A DNA stretch of 64,000 bases from Octopus vulgaris (lineage: Eukaryota). The notes under the pieces were generated by a model, which did not search any database, was not told the origin of the DNA, and was given only the letters and a program-made list of their open reading frames with translations. A program made the translations under genes and the position numbers. Every line of letters starts with the position of its first letter. The stretch's first letter is position 1. Below, piece after piece: positions 1 through 13,345 of this stretch. The stretch is from NCBI GenBank assembly GCA_951406725.2, contig OX597821.1, positions 118,296,001 through 118,360,000 on the forward strand, given 5' to 3'.

Positions 1-627
1 TGAGACAGTACTTTTACAGCAGAATCTAATCTAAACTAATCTACAAAAGCAATTATCAAAGCAATAGCTGAAATTTACAGAAAAACAAAAGATGAAGACA
101 GGTGTATAAACAACAAACAGGTATATTAGTTTAACACTCGGGAAGGTGAGAAGTCTCTTTATGTTTTGAGTCTACACTCTTTAACGGAAAGGAACATGAG
201 GAAATAGACAGAGGGAGAATAAAAAACTTTTGGAGCTAGCAGTCAATCTTGATACTTTAGTATAAGGTGTCTTAACAAGATAGGAGGTACTGTAGCTTAA
301 AGATATTGTATAGATTCTAAAATATTGATCTCTGTCATAAAACAAGGGCCTTTGGATAGAAATATATTTTCATGCCCTCCCTCACCACCTCAACTGTTAA
401 CAACAATAACAATGACAACAATTCTAACCGGTTATGAGATGTAAAATCATCTGAGAAAAGATTTGTCGCCCCATCTCTACCACTTTTGTCATTTCTCCAG
501 CAACTCCCACCGACCCGTATATAATGTAAGGTTTTCATAACAAAAGGCCAGTGGCCATTCTTTGGTCATACTTTAACTTCTCAACACCCAGCATAAAATT
601 ACATCCCCCCTCTCAAATACTTTCCCT

Positions 628-859
628 ATTTCTTTATTGTCCACAAGGGGCTAAACATAGAGGGAACAAACGAGGACAGACAAACGGATTAAGTCGATTA
701 CATCAACCCCAGTGCGTAACTGGTACTTAATTTATCGACCCCGAAAAGATGAAAGGCAAAGTCGACCTCGGCGGAATTTGAACTCAGAACATAAAAACAG
801 ATGAAATACCGCTCAGCATTTCACCTGGCATTCTAACGTTTCTGCCAGCTCACTGCCTT
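628..859 (-). mobile_element. tRNA-derived SINE, family A
   Basis: Minus strand reads head (aaggcagtgagctggcagaaacg), B box (gagttcaaattcc), body gtcgactttgcctttcatc and tail aaagaaata. Flanked by the direct repeat ctcaaatacttt. Confidence 0.85.
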
Positions 860-929
860 CTCAAATACTTTTCCTCCTGCTCAGTCAAAAGGGCTTTTTT
901 ATGTTTTTTTTTCTCTCCTATAATTTACA

Positions 930-1115
930 TGACAACCTCACTAGTGCTGGTGCTATGTAAAAAGCACCCAGTACACACTATAAGTGGTTAGCATAAGGAA
1001 GGGCATTCAGCCATAAAAACCAGGCAAAAGCCGACATTCAAGACTGATGCAATCCCGCAGCTCCCCTGATCCTGTTGAACTGTTCATCTCATGCCAGCTT
1101 GGCAAAATAGATGCA
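930..1115 (+). mobile_element. SINE/RTE-related repeat, family D (degenerate)
   Basis: aagtggttagcataaggaagggcattcagcc motif shared with the copy at 4640-4830. Confidence 0.55.
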
Positions 1116-1224
1116 TAAAAAGCTTAGCCAAGTGTGGTAAACATTTAAATATGAAACAACCAAGTTATTAATTTGCAGATCTGATTTTAAGAGACAACCC
1201 TGTTACTCTTTTACACTTTTTGCT

Positions 1225-1640
1225 CTTTTACTTGTTTCAGTCATTTGCTTATGGCCATGCTGGAGCACCACCTTTTAGTTGAATGAATTGACCCCCGGAT
1301 TTATTCTTTGTAAGCCTAGTACTTATTCTATCGGCCCCTTTTGTTGAACCACTAAGTTACGGGGACATAAACACACCAACATCAGTTGTCAAGTGATAGT
1401 GGGGGTGACAAACACAGACACATAACCATATATTTACATATGTATGTATATGTGTTTATATATATATATATATATAAGACAGGCTTCTTTCAGTTTCTGT
1501 CTACCAAATCCACTCACCAGGCTTAGGTTGGTGCAAGGCTATAGTAGAAGACATTTGCCCAAGGTGCCATGCAGTGGGACTGAACACAGAATCATGAGAT
1601 TGGGAAGCAAGCTTCTTACCACACAGCCACACCTGTGCCT
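1225..1640 (-). mobile_element. tRNA-derived SINE, family B, with internal microsatellite
   Basis: Reverse complement of the family B layout: head ggctgtgtggtaagaagcttgcttccc, ggcaccttgggcaa, internal (TA/CA)n, tail tgactgaaacaagtaaaagag. Confidence 0.85.
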
Positions 1641-2481
1641 ATTATGTGATTTGATCAAATTTTCTTTCCTTTGGAACATATGTCTTCCTGTTATGTATTT
1701 CTTTATCACAGTTTTATAACCATTTCATTATGGTTGTATTATGGCTTTATTACTTTTTTACATCCGCTTTTATCACAGTTTCGTATCAATTTTATCACCG
1801 ATTTATATCTGTTTTAAAACTGTTGCATATCCTTTGATCATTGTTATATGTAGCTATTTTATTATAGTTTTATATCCATTTCATCACTGCTGTGCATCCA
1901 GATTATCACAGTCTTATATTGACGTTTTTACCAGTAATTGTCTTTCTGGTAACCCCCACCTGAACCTAACAGACATACAGAAACTGAAAGGATTAAGGGC
2001 CAATAAAACAACAGGCAAAACTACCATGCACAAACACAGTATAATCCACATATAATCTATATACTTTACTAATTCACATCTAATCCACATACAAGTCGTG
2101 TATCATCCACACTAAATCTACATGTAGGTACTATTTAATCCATGTATTTTGTATATTGTCTAATTCTAATCCATGTACATTCTATATATAATCTCAATAT
2201 AATCTTCATATAAACCTCATATAATCCACTAACAATCAACTTATAAATCCTCACAGTAAGATCCTCCACTAGCCTCCTTGCATGGCTGGAATACTGTCTC
2301 TCTAGGTCATAGTTGCCGAAACGACTTCATAATTGCCAGGAGTGCCTTGCTAAACAACAACAAAAAAACAATTGATCAACAAGGCTACAATTACTTCTGT
2401 CTGGGTAAAAAGAACAGCCTTTTGTTTATTTACAATTACTCCTTAGCTTCGTTTGTGATTATTTCCCTGATGACAAAAATA

Positions 2482-3046
2482 TTGGGTTGTCTGGAAAGTT
2501 CGTGCTAATTTATAGTAGCTTACATTTCAATTTATTTTAGAACATGGCTGAGTCCATAAAATAGGATTTGACTACACCTCCATTTAGAGCACAGTTTAAG
2601 CTATCTTTTCATGGAAGAAGGTTTATGTTCCTATAACCTTTATTAATTCTGTAACCCTTTAAAATGGAAGATAAGAAAGCTCATTTTCAGCACTTGATGC
2701 TTTGGGAACCAAACAAAAATTGCTGCAGCTCAGCTGGGATGTGTTACCCCACCCTCCATATTCACCAGATATTGCTCCTTCGGATTTCCACTAATCCAGG
2801 TCTCTGCAGAATAGTCTTAATGGTAAAAATTTCAATTCCTTGGATGATATAAAAAGATACCTTGATGAATTATTTGCCATGAAACCACCTCAATTCTGGG
2901 AAGAGTATATTTTCAAGTTAAAGGAAAGATGGAGATGCATTGTGCAACAAAATGTTTCATATTTGGTTGATTAAAATGTAATGGCAAGTATTTATTGACC
3001 TTTTTCTTTCCTTCAAAAATTGGCACGGACTTTCTGGATAACCCAA
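2482..3046 (+). mobile_element. internally deleted mariner element
   Basis: TIRs ttgggttgtctggaaagttcgtgc / gcacggactttctggataacccaa, flanked by TA. The N-terminus MEDKKAHFQHLMLW is joined directly to the C-terminal WDVLPHPPYSPDIAPSDFH...KLKERWRCIVQQN. Confidence 0.9.
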
Positions 3047-3509
3047 TAAAACTAATAAAGTTAATTAAACCTTCACCTTTACATATGACAACACCTTTCA
3101 ATGATCAGTAGATTAAAAGTTCAGTTCTAATGGTATCATATGTATAGAAATGTGAAAAAGAAATTTGCTTTGCAGTTACATATCACCAGGACTTAGGTTC
3201 AGTCTCATTACATGGTACCTTGGGCAAGTGTCATCACTATAGCCACAGGTTGACCAATGCATTGTGAGTGGAATTTATAGACAGAAACTATAGGAAGCCC
3301 ATTGTGTCTGTGTGTGTGTATAGTCAGTCCTAGTCTGCAATAAAGACCTGATAGTCTTTTCCCTAAGCATGTAAATTAACCCCAAATCATTATACTTAAT
3401 GTATTGAAATTATCTCCTTTTCCTTATGAGATTCACTAATAATTGTCATTTAGATTTTTCATTTTTGTTTTTCACTCAAAAGGAAATTAAAAAAAAATTA
3501 GGAATCTAG

Positions 3510-3852
3510 ATGCAGGAGTGGCTGTATGGTAAGTAGCCTGCTTACCAATCACATGGTTCCGGGTTCAGTGAGTGGATTTGGTAGATGGAGACTGAAAGAA
3601 GCCCATCAAATATATATATATATATATATGTGTATGTGTGTTTGTATATCTAGGTTTGTTCCCCCAACATCGCTCGACAACCAATGTTGGTGTGTTTACA
3701 TCCCCGTAACTTAGCAGTTTGGCAAAAGAGACCAATAAAATAAGTACTGGGCTTACAAAGAATAAGTCCTGGGGTCGAGTTGCTCGACTAAAGGCAGTGC
3801 TTCAGTATGGCCACAGTCAAATGACTGAAACAAGTAAAAGAGTAAAGAGAGT
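3510..3852 (+). mobile_element. SINE family B
   Basis: gcaggagtggctgtatggtaag head through gtaaaagagtaaagag tail; internal deletion; aatcta on both sides. Confidence 0.85.
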
Positions 3853-3885
3853 AATCTACTGTATACAGAATGGAATATCCTACCT

Positions 3886-4117
3886 ATTTCTTTACTACCC
3901 ACAAGGGGCTAAACACAGAAGGGACAAACAAAGACAGACAAACGGATTGAGTCGATTACATCAACCCCAGTGCGCAACTGGTACTTAATTTATCGACCCC
4001 GAAAGGATGAAAGGCAAAGTCGACCTCGGCGAAATTTGAACTCAGAACGTAACAGCAGTCGAAATACCGCTAAGCATTTCGCCCGGCATGCTAACATTTC
4101 TGCCAGCTCGCCGCCTT
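3886..4117 (-). mobile_element. SINE family A, full length
   Basis: 19-bp TSD agaatgg(a/g)atatcctacct at 3867-3885 and 4118-4136. Confidence 0.9.
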
Positions 4118-4639
4118 AGAATGGGATATCCTACCTGTTAACTGGATGTATATGCAAGTGCATGTGTGTCTTTTGCCTCTGTATATTGGCCAAAGATGTA
4201 AAGAACAGGGGATAAACTATACAACAAGTACCCTTCAAATGGAAAACTTCTGTTCATATTTGCTCATTACTCATTTACATAGAAACTCATTCGCTCCTCT
4301 CAACATGGCCATTGGAAATGTAGCAATCCAGTGGCTGGACGGTTTGATAACTACAACCAATGACACTACTGTTCACCGAAAATAAATAAATAAAATAGAC
4401 TCTCTATCTCTTTCTCTGTCTCTCACTTTCTCTCTTTCTCACTTTCTCTCTTTCTCACTTTCTCTCTTTCTCACTCTCTCTCTCTCCCCCTCTCTGTGTG
4501 GAGTAACTGTGTATCTTTTCTACAGCAAAATTTTATCTGTATCATAGTTTAACCTCTCATCACCTGGTATATAAAGCTACCTCCCTCAATACCATTTCTA
4601 CTCTCAGCTGAGGGTTCTTTGCAAGCTGCTTGGTGATAT

Positions 4640-4830
4640 TGCTGGTGCTGACCCCATGTGAAAAAGCACTCAGTACACCTTGTAAAGTGGTTGGCATTAG
4701 AAAGGGCATCCAGCCATGGAGACCATGCAAAAGGGGACAGTAGAGAATGGTGCAGTCCTTTGGCTTGCTTACTCCAGTGAAATCGTCCAGCCCATACAAG
4801 CATAGAAAATGATGATGATGATGATGACAA
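4640..4830 (+). mobile_element. SINE/RTE-related repeat, family D, with (GAT)n tail
   Basis: aagtggttggcattagaaagggcatccagcc motif; ends in gatgatgatgatg. Confidence 0.6.
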
Positions 4831-5081
4831 TGAAGGCCATTTTGAAATTCAGAGCTCTGGATGACAATTACAGCTTAGACGTAAATAAATAATATTTATG
4901 ACAAGATGTCAAATATGCAAGAAACCTACAATGAAGTTTTATGTCAACATTGAATTTGACAATCAATTACAACTGCTATTAGGTTGTTGTTGTTGTTGTT
5001 AGAGGTCGGCTCTAGTCTCTAGATGAAAGGAATGCCCCACAGATCAATGCCCTTCTAAGTGAATTTGGTTGACAGAAACTG

Positions 5082-5082
<1 letters not shown>

Positions 5083-5124
<42 letters not shown>

Positions 5125-5143
5125 CATACATACATATATATAC

Positions 5144-5189
<46 letters not shown>

Positions 5190-5193
5190 TATG

Positions 5194-5224
<31 letters not shown>

Positions 5225-5323
5225 TAAAATTAGTGTACATTTATGGAAAATAAGTTGTCTATTGACTTTTTATACATGGTGGACCGCTGGTAGCGAAATT
5301 TCTAAAATTTGGCTACTTTATCT

Positions 5324-5420
<97 letters not shown>

Positions 5421-5480
5421 TACATACATACATACATACATACATACATACATACATACATACATACATACATACATACA

Positions 5481-5540
<60 letters not shown>
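5083..5540. repeat. compound microsatellites (CA)n/(TA)n/(CATA)n
   Basis: Tracts at 5083-5225 and 5330-5540. Confidence 0.95.
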
Positions 5541-5543
<3 letters not shown>

Positions 5544-6012
5544 AACCAACACCTGTTGTTATCAAGTAGTTGAAGAGGACAACACAGACACACAAACACA
5601 GAGACACGCACACATGTGCGTTTGTCTTTGTGCTGTCCTCCTTAACTGCTTGATAACAACAGATGCTGTCTTGTTTGTGTGCACATAACTTAGAAGTTCG
5701 GCAAGGGTGACGGATAGACTATGTAGCAGATGCAAAAAAATAAGTAATAGTGTTGAGTTTGTTTGTTTTACTAAAACCTTTCTGTATTTCTCAAGCGTTT
5801 GTGAAATACAGAATAAATTGAAATATTTCACGAACGAACGGGGAGAGATAACTACACAATACCAAAGTAAATGTTTAAATGTCAGAAATAGGAGAAATAC
5901 AGAAGAAACCATGAGCTGTCTTACTGAAACACGAGAAACAATGAAAGTTTACGTAAGATGGGAGTTTACAGAAAACTCCATATGAATCAATTAGTTAATA
6001 TAGTAACACAGA

Positions 6013-6865
6013 AAGGCGGTGAGCTGGCAGAAACGTTAGCACGCCGGGCGGAATGCGTAGCCGTATTTCGTCTGCCGTTACGTTTTGAGTTCAAATTACG
6101 CCGAGGTCGACTTTGCCTTTCATCCTTTCGGGTGCAATTAAATAAGTACCAGTTACACAGTGATTCGATATAATCGACTTAATACCTATGTCTGTCCTTG
6201 TTTGTCTTCTCTGTGTTTGTCCCCTTGTGGGTAGTAAAGAAATAGGTATTTCGCCCTCCGCTACGTTCTGAGTTCAAATTTCGCAGAGGTCGAGTTTGCC
6301 TTTCATCCTTTCGGGGTCAATTAAATAAGTACCAGTCACGCATTGGAGTCGATGTAATCGACTTAATCCCTTTGTCTGTCCTTGTTTGGCCCCTCTATGT
6401 TTATCCCTCCCCACTGTGGGCAAAAAAGAAATAAATATAACACAGAAGGGCGGGGAGTTGGCAGAAACGTTAGCACGCCGGGCGAAATGCCTAGCGGTAT
6501 TTCTCCTGCCGCTACGTTCTAAGTTCAAATTCCGCCGAGGTCGACTTTGCCTTTCATCCTTTCAGGGTCGATTAAATAAGTACCAGTTACGCATTGGCGT
6601 CGATATAATCGACTTCATCCGTGCCTGTCATTGTCTGCCCCCTCTGTGTTTAACCCCTTGTGGGTAGTAAAGAAATAGGCATTTCCACTGCCGTTACGTT
6701 CTGAGTTCAAATTCCGCCGAGGTCGACTTTGCCGTTCATCCTTCCAGGATGTATTAGATAAGTAAGTACCCGTCATGCACTGAGGTTGATGTAATCGACT
6801 TAATCCCTTTGTCCTTGTTTGTCCCCTCTATATTTAGCCTTCTGTGGGCAATAAAGAAATAAATA
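6013..6865 (+). mobile_element. head-to-tail array of four SINE A units
   Basis: Four gagttcaaattccgccgaggtcgactttgcc-like bodies. Units 2 and 4 start internally, right after the aaagaaata tail. Confidence 0.85.
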
Positions 6866-6880
6866 TAATAACACAGATAT

Positions 6881-7110
6881 CTATTTCTTTACTACCCACA
6901 AGGGGCTAAACACAGAGAGGACAAACAAGGACGGACAAACGGATTAAGTCGATTATATCGACCCCAGTGCGTAACAGGTACCTATTTAATCGACCCCAAA
7001 GGGATGAAAGGCAAAGTCGACCTCGGCGGAATTTGAACTCAGAACGTAACGGCAGACGACATACCGCTAGGCATTTCACCCGACGTGCTAACGATTCTGC
7101 CAGCTCGCCG
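6881..7110 (-). mobile_element. SINE family A, inverted relative to the preceding array
   Basis: tatttctttactacccacaagggg...ctgccagctcgcc. Confidence 0.9.
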
Positions 7111-7963
7111 ATATCATTAATCACGGATATCATTAATCGGTGGACTGGCAAAATCATTAGAGTAGCGGATAAAATTACTCCTGATATTTAGTAACGTCAG
7201 TTTTCGTATCTGACTTCATAAACTGTCAAAATCGATTTTCTCTTTTGCATATTTTGAGTAAAGAAAATAAGCAGCAGTCACAAAGAGAGATCGATATAAT
7301 CGATTATACCTCACCTCAGTCCACAGAATTTGTGTTGCTGTGCCTATATTAGAAACTCGTCCAGCTTAACTTTGCCTTTTATTCCTCCATGGATCGATGA
7401 AAGAAGTACCAGTTAAATATTGAGGAGGATGGTATCGACTCTTCCGCTCCAATTAGAATTTCTGGCCATTTTTTTTCTAAATAAGAAACCATTATTTGGA
7501 TGGCAAAATCGTTAGGTCTTGCAATATTTCTTCTGGCTTATTATTTTTATATCTTTTATTTGTTTCAACCATTTGACTGCGGCCATGTACACTTCGTGTA
7601 CAACATGCTATAGTATGTAGCAAAACGAAAAGTGATATTTCTCACAAATCATTAAAAAATTATATTAAACAGCCTCTATGGCTTAGTCAGAGGAAGAACG
7701 TCGGCGAGCAGGTAGAATCGTTAACACGTCGGACAACATGCCTAGTGGCAATTTCTTCGGGATCTGTACGTTCTGAGTTCGAATACCGCTAAGGTCAACT
7801 TTGCCTTTCTTTCCTTCGAAAGAATAAAGTACAAGTCAGGTACTGGAGTCAACTTGTAATCTACCCTCAAAATTGCTAGTCTTCAATTCTGTCACAGACT
7901 GGGGCCTGATCAGAGGGAATGTTGCGATCTCAGTTACTTATATTCGCTACTACGCACCTTCAC

Positions 7964-8288
7964 GTGAAGGCACGTGGCTTAGTCGTTAGGGTATTAGGCT
8001 CACGATGATAAAGTTGTGAGTTCAATTTCTGGTGACACGTTGTGTCCTCGAGCAAGACACTGTATTTCACGTTGCTCCAGTTGACTCAGCTGGCAAAAAT
8101 GAGTAGTACTTGTATTTCAAACGGCCGGCTTTGTAACATTCCGTGTCATGCTGAATCTTCTCGAGAACTACGTTAAGGGTACGCGTGTCTGTAGTGTACT
8201 CAGTCGCTTGCACGTTAATTTCACGAGCAGGCTGTTCCATTGATTGGATCAACTGGAACCCACTTCGTTGTAGCCGACGGATTGCCAG
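7964..8288 (+). mobile_element. tRNA-derived SINE, family C (head variant 1)
   Basis: A box tggcttagtcg, B box gagttcaattt. The 3' part (tgtatttcaaa...gagaactacgttaagggtac...ccgacgga) is shared with 62784-63162. Confidence 0.8.
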
Positions 8289-9334
8289 TAGTTTTAGATA
8301 TTTGCCACCGTGGAAACCGGTTAACTGACCTCATGAGTCTCGGGGCTTGAGGAAAAAAGTTAGTGGAAGAAAACAACTTTGTTTTCTTAATTTCATAGCC
8401 TTCGAGACTGGTGGGAGGAAAAGAAAGAAGATATACATAAACCGGGGACTTGGACTGAATGCTTACAACAGAGGGGAATCCGATAAGGATATACAAGGTA
8501 AGAGACGGAGGTGGTAACTATGGTGACGGATTAAAGATTATTAATATAGTTGTTTAAATTAAAATATTTCGTTTTCGCGTATGGTTTGCAAGATTCTTGA
8601 TGTGAACTCCTGTGTAGAAAAATTTTACCAATACTAAACACATTCACTGGTTCGATTTCACTTCTTTATGATTCATTTGTTAATTGGTTAACTATTAAAC
8701 CAATTAACTAATCGATTGATTGATTAATCATTCTGTCAATCAATCGTTTAGTGTGGTTTGTTAGAGTCCTTTCATAGGCCATTTGCAACCATTTTGTAAC
8801 TGACTAGATTTTAGTACATTTTATCTTTTCTTTGTAGCTTTTACATTTCTCTTTGTTGCGATGTGAAAGAAGCACAATTTAAGCAAACCAAAGGTAGAGC
8901 AAACATTAAGAAAAAGAAATCAAAGCTTTTTATCTCATAAGGGCGGTTCAACTAAAGGTTAAGATTAATTTATAAGTAAATAGAAAAATATAATTACGTG
9001 ACAAAATAGGGTCCAAATATTGATCTTTCGTGATCATAAATATTCTTTAATGGCCGATCAGCATTATTGATCTCACATGGCGTGGGATGGGCATTTTTGA
9101 GGCTCATGTCTTTTCAAAGGTTAATTATTCAGAAAACAACCAAACAAATAAAAATCGAACCCAAGATCAATAAATGGTTTGCTATGATTTTAATATCTAT
9201 TCTACAATGTTTCCTAAAGTATTTTATCGACAATTTACATAAAATAATTGGATACAGTGAACATCAATACTATACTACATGTCTTAAATACATTTGTATA
9301 CTCATAAACACACACATACATAAGTACATGGGGG

Positions 9335-9690
9335 CTGCCCCTCGTTATCGAGTATGGCCGTTGCACGAAGCTTAATTGTTATTGGTGCTGTGATCCGAAG
9401 TGACTTTTTAGCTCAGCCAAAGATCTACAATGTCTTGTACAAAATTTGCAACTAAAACCTTTACTAGTAATAGCCGGCTGTAGTTGTAACTGGGCTTCAT
9501 GTACCTTTGCATGCTGTTTAAGTCCTCCTGCCGAATTACACTCTCTTCCACATGCCTGACAGATATGATTAGTATGGTGTGTAACGCCACCACCAGTGGC
9601 CAGGTTGTCACTCATCTGTCTCGCTTTATGACTACGAAGATGACTCTTGAGTCCAGCTTTACTGAGGCAGGGTCTTGCACAGACATAAGT
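9335..9690 (-). mobile_element. RTE-like LINE 3' end encoding three C2H2 zinc fingers
   Basis: CARPCLSKAGLKSHLRSH, CQACGRECNSAGGLKQHAKVH and CKFCTRHCRSLAELKSHFGSQH, then a stop at 9379 and a short UTR (ggccatactcgataacgagggg). No TGEKP linkers. Confidence 0.6.
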
Positions 9691-9737
9691 ACATACAGAC
9701 ATACATATATAATAAATACATGCGTATGTGCATACAT

Positions 9738-9830
9738 ATTGGAACCTCTCCATAAAAAACCCTACAAAGTGTAAGTATAACAGGCCAGATATAGTTGTTT
9801 GGGACAAATTTATTATCGCCAAAGCCTCTT
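9738..9830 (+). pseudogene. fragment of an R4/Dong-type restriction-like endonuclease domain
   Basis: WNLSIKNPTKCKYNRPDIVVWDK resembles the NRPDIV motif of RLE LINEs. Confidence 0.55.
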
Positions 9831-11406
9831 GGGAAAGCTATGGAGTTCATAGAAAATATCAAAGTAATAGGAGACAAAATAATAGAAAATTGCATGAACA
9901 AAATTTAGAAGTTCTGAACAGAACATGAAAGGATTTCTCTGAATTCGACAAAGTGATAGAACCAGAAGCTATCAAATAACATAGTTGGGATGAAGTAAAA
10001 AAAACTACAAACTGTGTGGAAGTTGTGGTTAATAGAAGAATCTCTCGGCTGAAGAAGTGCTGGAGTTAAATATTGCAATTTATGGAAAATAACCATGAAG
10101 AACCTATGTAGAGTTACTAATACTATGAAGAATTTTTACTACTGAATGCCTCACCAACACAGAGTTCTCGTAGTAATCAACTTGTTTAGTACAAGGTTGT
10201 TTAGTTTCTAGGTTTGCGTGATTGTCCTTTATAAGGTTTCTAATTCCTGTAAAGGTAATACTTGTTTAAGGGTTTCTAGTTTATGGAGACTTAATTGCAT
10301 ATTACTAAGATAGTGGATATAACGGACCAGTTTACTTAAAACGGCCCCAACTGGGAGGGTAGTAGCAAGTCATAGACAGGAGTTCTACACATGATATCAT
10401 ACCATTGTGCATTGCTTCATAAGAGAAGTTTTAATAAAACGAAGTAAACAGTAGATATTAAATCGTCATATTCACGGTGAACTGCAATAATCAAAACGAT
10501 TGACTTGTATATTTATTTTTATTCTATTATTTTAAATAAAGGTTCCGGTAAATTCGAACGTGAATATACTAATCGATGTTGTATTTATTCCCAAGAGAAG
10601 GACTTCTTTTTTTACGATGAATGTGTGTTTATAAACCCTTGATTCATTAGCAAGAGGGACTCTGGGACAATCGGTATTTCGACATTGTTGTGTTTCATCA
10701 GTCAACTGTACCCTTGGACTAATGAATGGAACGAGAGTTCGAAGCTACGTGGCAGTTTATTAAAGGTTGGTAGATACCAACATGCATCAACAGAGTTCTG
10801 TGCGTTGAAGCTATAAACAAGAGTCTACTTCTGAGATGAATCTACAGCAATTAGAATATTCACGTTCGAATCCACCGGAACGTATTAAATATGCATTTGC
10901 ATGTCATGGCAACAAAAGATGTATTCTTTGTAAAACAGTCAACGACCCAGGAAGAGCCAGAGTCTCAACTTCTACCCAGATATAACCTCTTGTATTTCGT
11001 TATTTCTCTCGGGTATTTTTCAACTGAATTAATGGAAAGCAGGCCTGTGTATTTGTAATTGAGACTGAGCAAGTTTGCTAAAACACTTGTTTTCTAAGAT
11101 AACTATGCACACACAACAAAACATTGTATGCGACCAGCTTACATGTGGTGCACCAGCATGACCTCAGCCCTGGGCTGAAACCAGTAAAAGATAAGGATAG
11201 AAATGCTTCATGTGTGCATTACAATGGCTCTAGATTTATCAGTCGTTTGGTGATGCTGTCTATTAGCTTCATTGAGTTTGCATCACTGTTAAAAATAGCC
11301 GATGATACAATGACCCGTACAACACTGGTTCGTTCAACGTTGCATTTTTTTAAGGAACGCATTTAGAGCGCTAATTGAAGCAATACAATCTATCCATCCA
11401 TCCATA

Positions 11407-12675
11407 CGAGGGGTGTTCCATAAAAATTTTCTCTGACCCATTTCCAGTTATTCAGGAAACAGAACTTGTACAGGTATGATTATACATGTCTCAAAATGTC
11501 ACCTTGTGAATTTCAGCTTTCCTCTCGTATTTGTTTGTCTTTTACGGCTGCTGGAGTGGACTAATGTGTAATAATGGAGGCAGTTGAATGCAGATCAGTG
11601 ATCAGGTTTTTATACCTGAAAGGTCGTACACCAAAAGAGACTGGCGATAGGATAAAAGAAGTTTATGGTGATGATGCACTATCATCCGACGTAGTCAAGC
11701 ACTGGTATCACCAATTCAGATGTAGTTGGGCATCGGTAGAAACTGCTTCTATTCTTGGACAATCACATTCCGTCATTGATGGCGACACTATCCATAAAGT
11801 GGAAGCCGCCATTTTGGAGGACCACCGCATATCTATTCGGCAACTAGCCCAAGAAGTGAAGATAAGTGTAGGGTCTGTGGAAAAAATCATTCACGGTTTG
11901 CCGATGCGGAAGTTGTCTGCACGGTGAATTCTCTGGATACTCACACCTTTTCAGAAGCAGGAACGAGTCAGTTGCTCCTAGGCTCTTTTGGCAATGTGCC
12001 AAGAAAACGAGGAGGACGTTTTCGGCAGACTTATCACACAGGAGGGAATATGGGTCCATCATTATGATCCTGAGATTAAAGTCTAGTCGAAGTAATGAAA
12101 GCATGATAACGCACCACCGCCAAAGATGGCACGTATCCAATCTTCAGCAAGATTGGACACGTGCCATTAAGATTAAGCAAGGTGATGCTTAATCTTTTTG
12201 GGACTAGTGTGGAGTAGTAATGATGGATTTTCTGTCGAAGGGCACCACAATTAACGAGGCATATTATGCTTTTCTGCTAAAGAAATTGCAAGACGCCTTC
12301 AAAGCAGAGAGGCGTGGCATGCTGACCAAAGGGGCCCGCCGCTTCCACGACAACGCCCCAGTTCACAATGCACTTGTTGCCCAGATGAATCTTCCTCATC
12401 CTCCTTACTCTCCCAACCTCGCACCATCTGACTTCCACCTTTTTCCAACCATGAAGTATTTTTCGAAAGGGAAGCACTTTTTGGATAAGGATAAACTTAT
12501 TTCCGAGGTAAAGTCTTGGCTCCAGACTTCGACAAATGAGATCTTCACAGCTGCGAAAAGCGATGGGAGAAGTGTATAACCATTGGTAAAAAAAGGACTA
12601 ATAATTACGCTAAGTTTCATTTATCCCCAGTCCTTGGGAAGTGGGTTAGGGGAAATCTTTAATGAACACCCCTCA
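11407..12675 (+). mobile_element. full-length mariner (Tc1/mariner DD34D-type) element, decayed
   Basis: TIRs cgaggggtgttccataaaaattttctctgaccca / tgggttaggggaaatctttaatgaacacccctca, flanked by TA; ~1.27 kb. Confidence 0.92.
11574..12579 (+). pseudogene. mariner transposase pseudogene
   Basis: HTH N-terminus (RSVIRFLYLKG), WVHHYD, FHDNAPVH and YSPNLAPSDFHLF motifs; interrupted by stops and frameshifts. Confidence 0.92.
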
Positions 12676-13102
12676 TATATACATACACACACACACACAT
12701 ACATACATACATACATACAGACAGACAGACAGACAGACAGACATACAAGTAAATCCAAAGTGAGCAGACCTAGGATCAAAGACGGTCTAGACATGACGAT
12801 TTCGCCATGACTATTTAACTCTTGTTGCATTGTGCGTAATTTGAAATATATTTAGCTACTATTTCTAGCCCGTCGAATGGCTACGTAGAGACTCCCTTGT
12901 TGACTTCTGTCGAAATATATAAATTTCTATGTCGTGTAAAATCTCCAAAATAGGTAATATTTTCTATTTTCTTTCTATGTTTTTTTTTTCTCAAATAATT
13001 ATATTTTTTATGAGTATCTTTTCTCACTACCATCACAATAAAATTTCTCTGGAGATTTGTTGATCTTATAATTTCATTGTTATCTGACAAACACTGACTG
13101 TG

Positions 13103-13345
13103 GAAGGTCAGCAGTTTTGCTCTAATAAACTATTTCTGTTCTCTCATTACGACTTGACTTTGTGGCGTTGATTTGTTTTCGTTCACACAGCAAGTCTTAT
13201 AATATTTGTGTCTACTCCATTGACAAAGACCAACCGTTGAAGGTCAACAGTTTCGCTATAATAAACTATTTCTACTCTCTCATTACGACTTGATTCTGTG
13301 GCATTGGCTTTGTTTTTGTTCACACGGCAAATCTTATAATATTTT
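13103..13345. repeat. diverged ~136-bp tandem duplication
   Basis: gaaggtca...taataaactatttct...ctctcattacgacttga...cttataatattt at 13103 and 13239. Confidence 0.75.

Noticed and set aside
6013-6865. Regularly spaced repeats resembling a CRISPR array
   Set aside because: Units are ~200-bp SINE copies without unique spacers; eukaryotic context, no cas genes.
5958-7191. Recurrent short ORFs (GELAETLARR..., MRNWYLIYRPRK...)
   Set aside because: Chance translations of SINE A copies.
9379-9822. Host C2H2 zinc-finger gene
   Set aside because: The ORF N-terminus is antisense RLE-LINE sequence plus simple repeat, and there are no canonical linkers; kept as a retroelement end.
10665-10710. HHR-like CTGATGA...GAAA on the minus strand
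   Set aside because: Stems I and III cannot be formed convincingly.
11574-12579. SETMAR-like host gene
   Set aside because: No SET domain; it has TIRs with TA flanks, stops, frameshifts and a lost first catalytic Asp.
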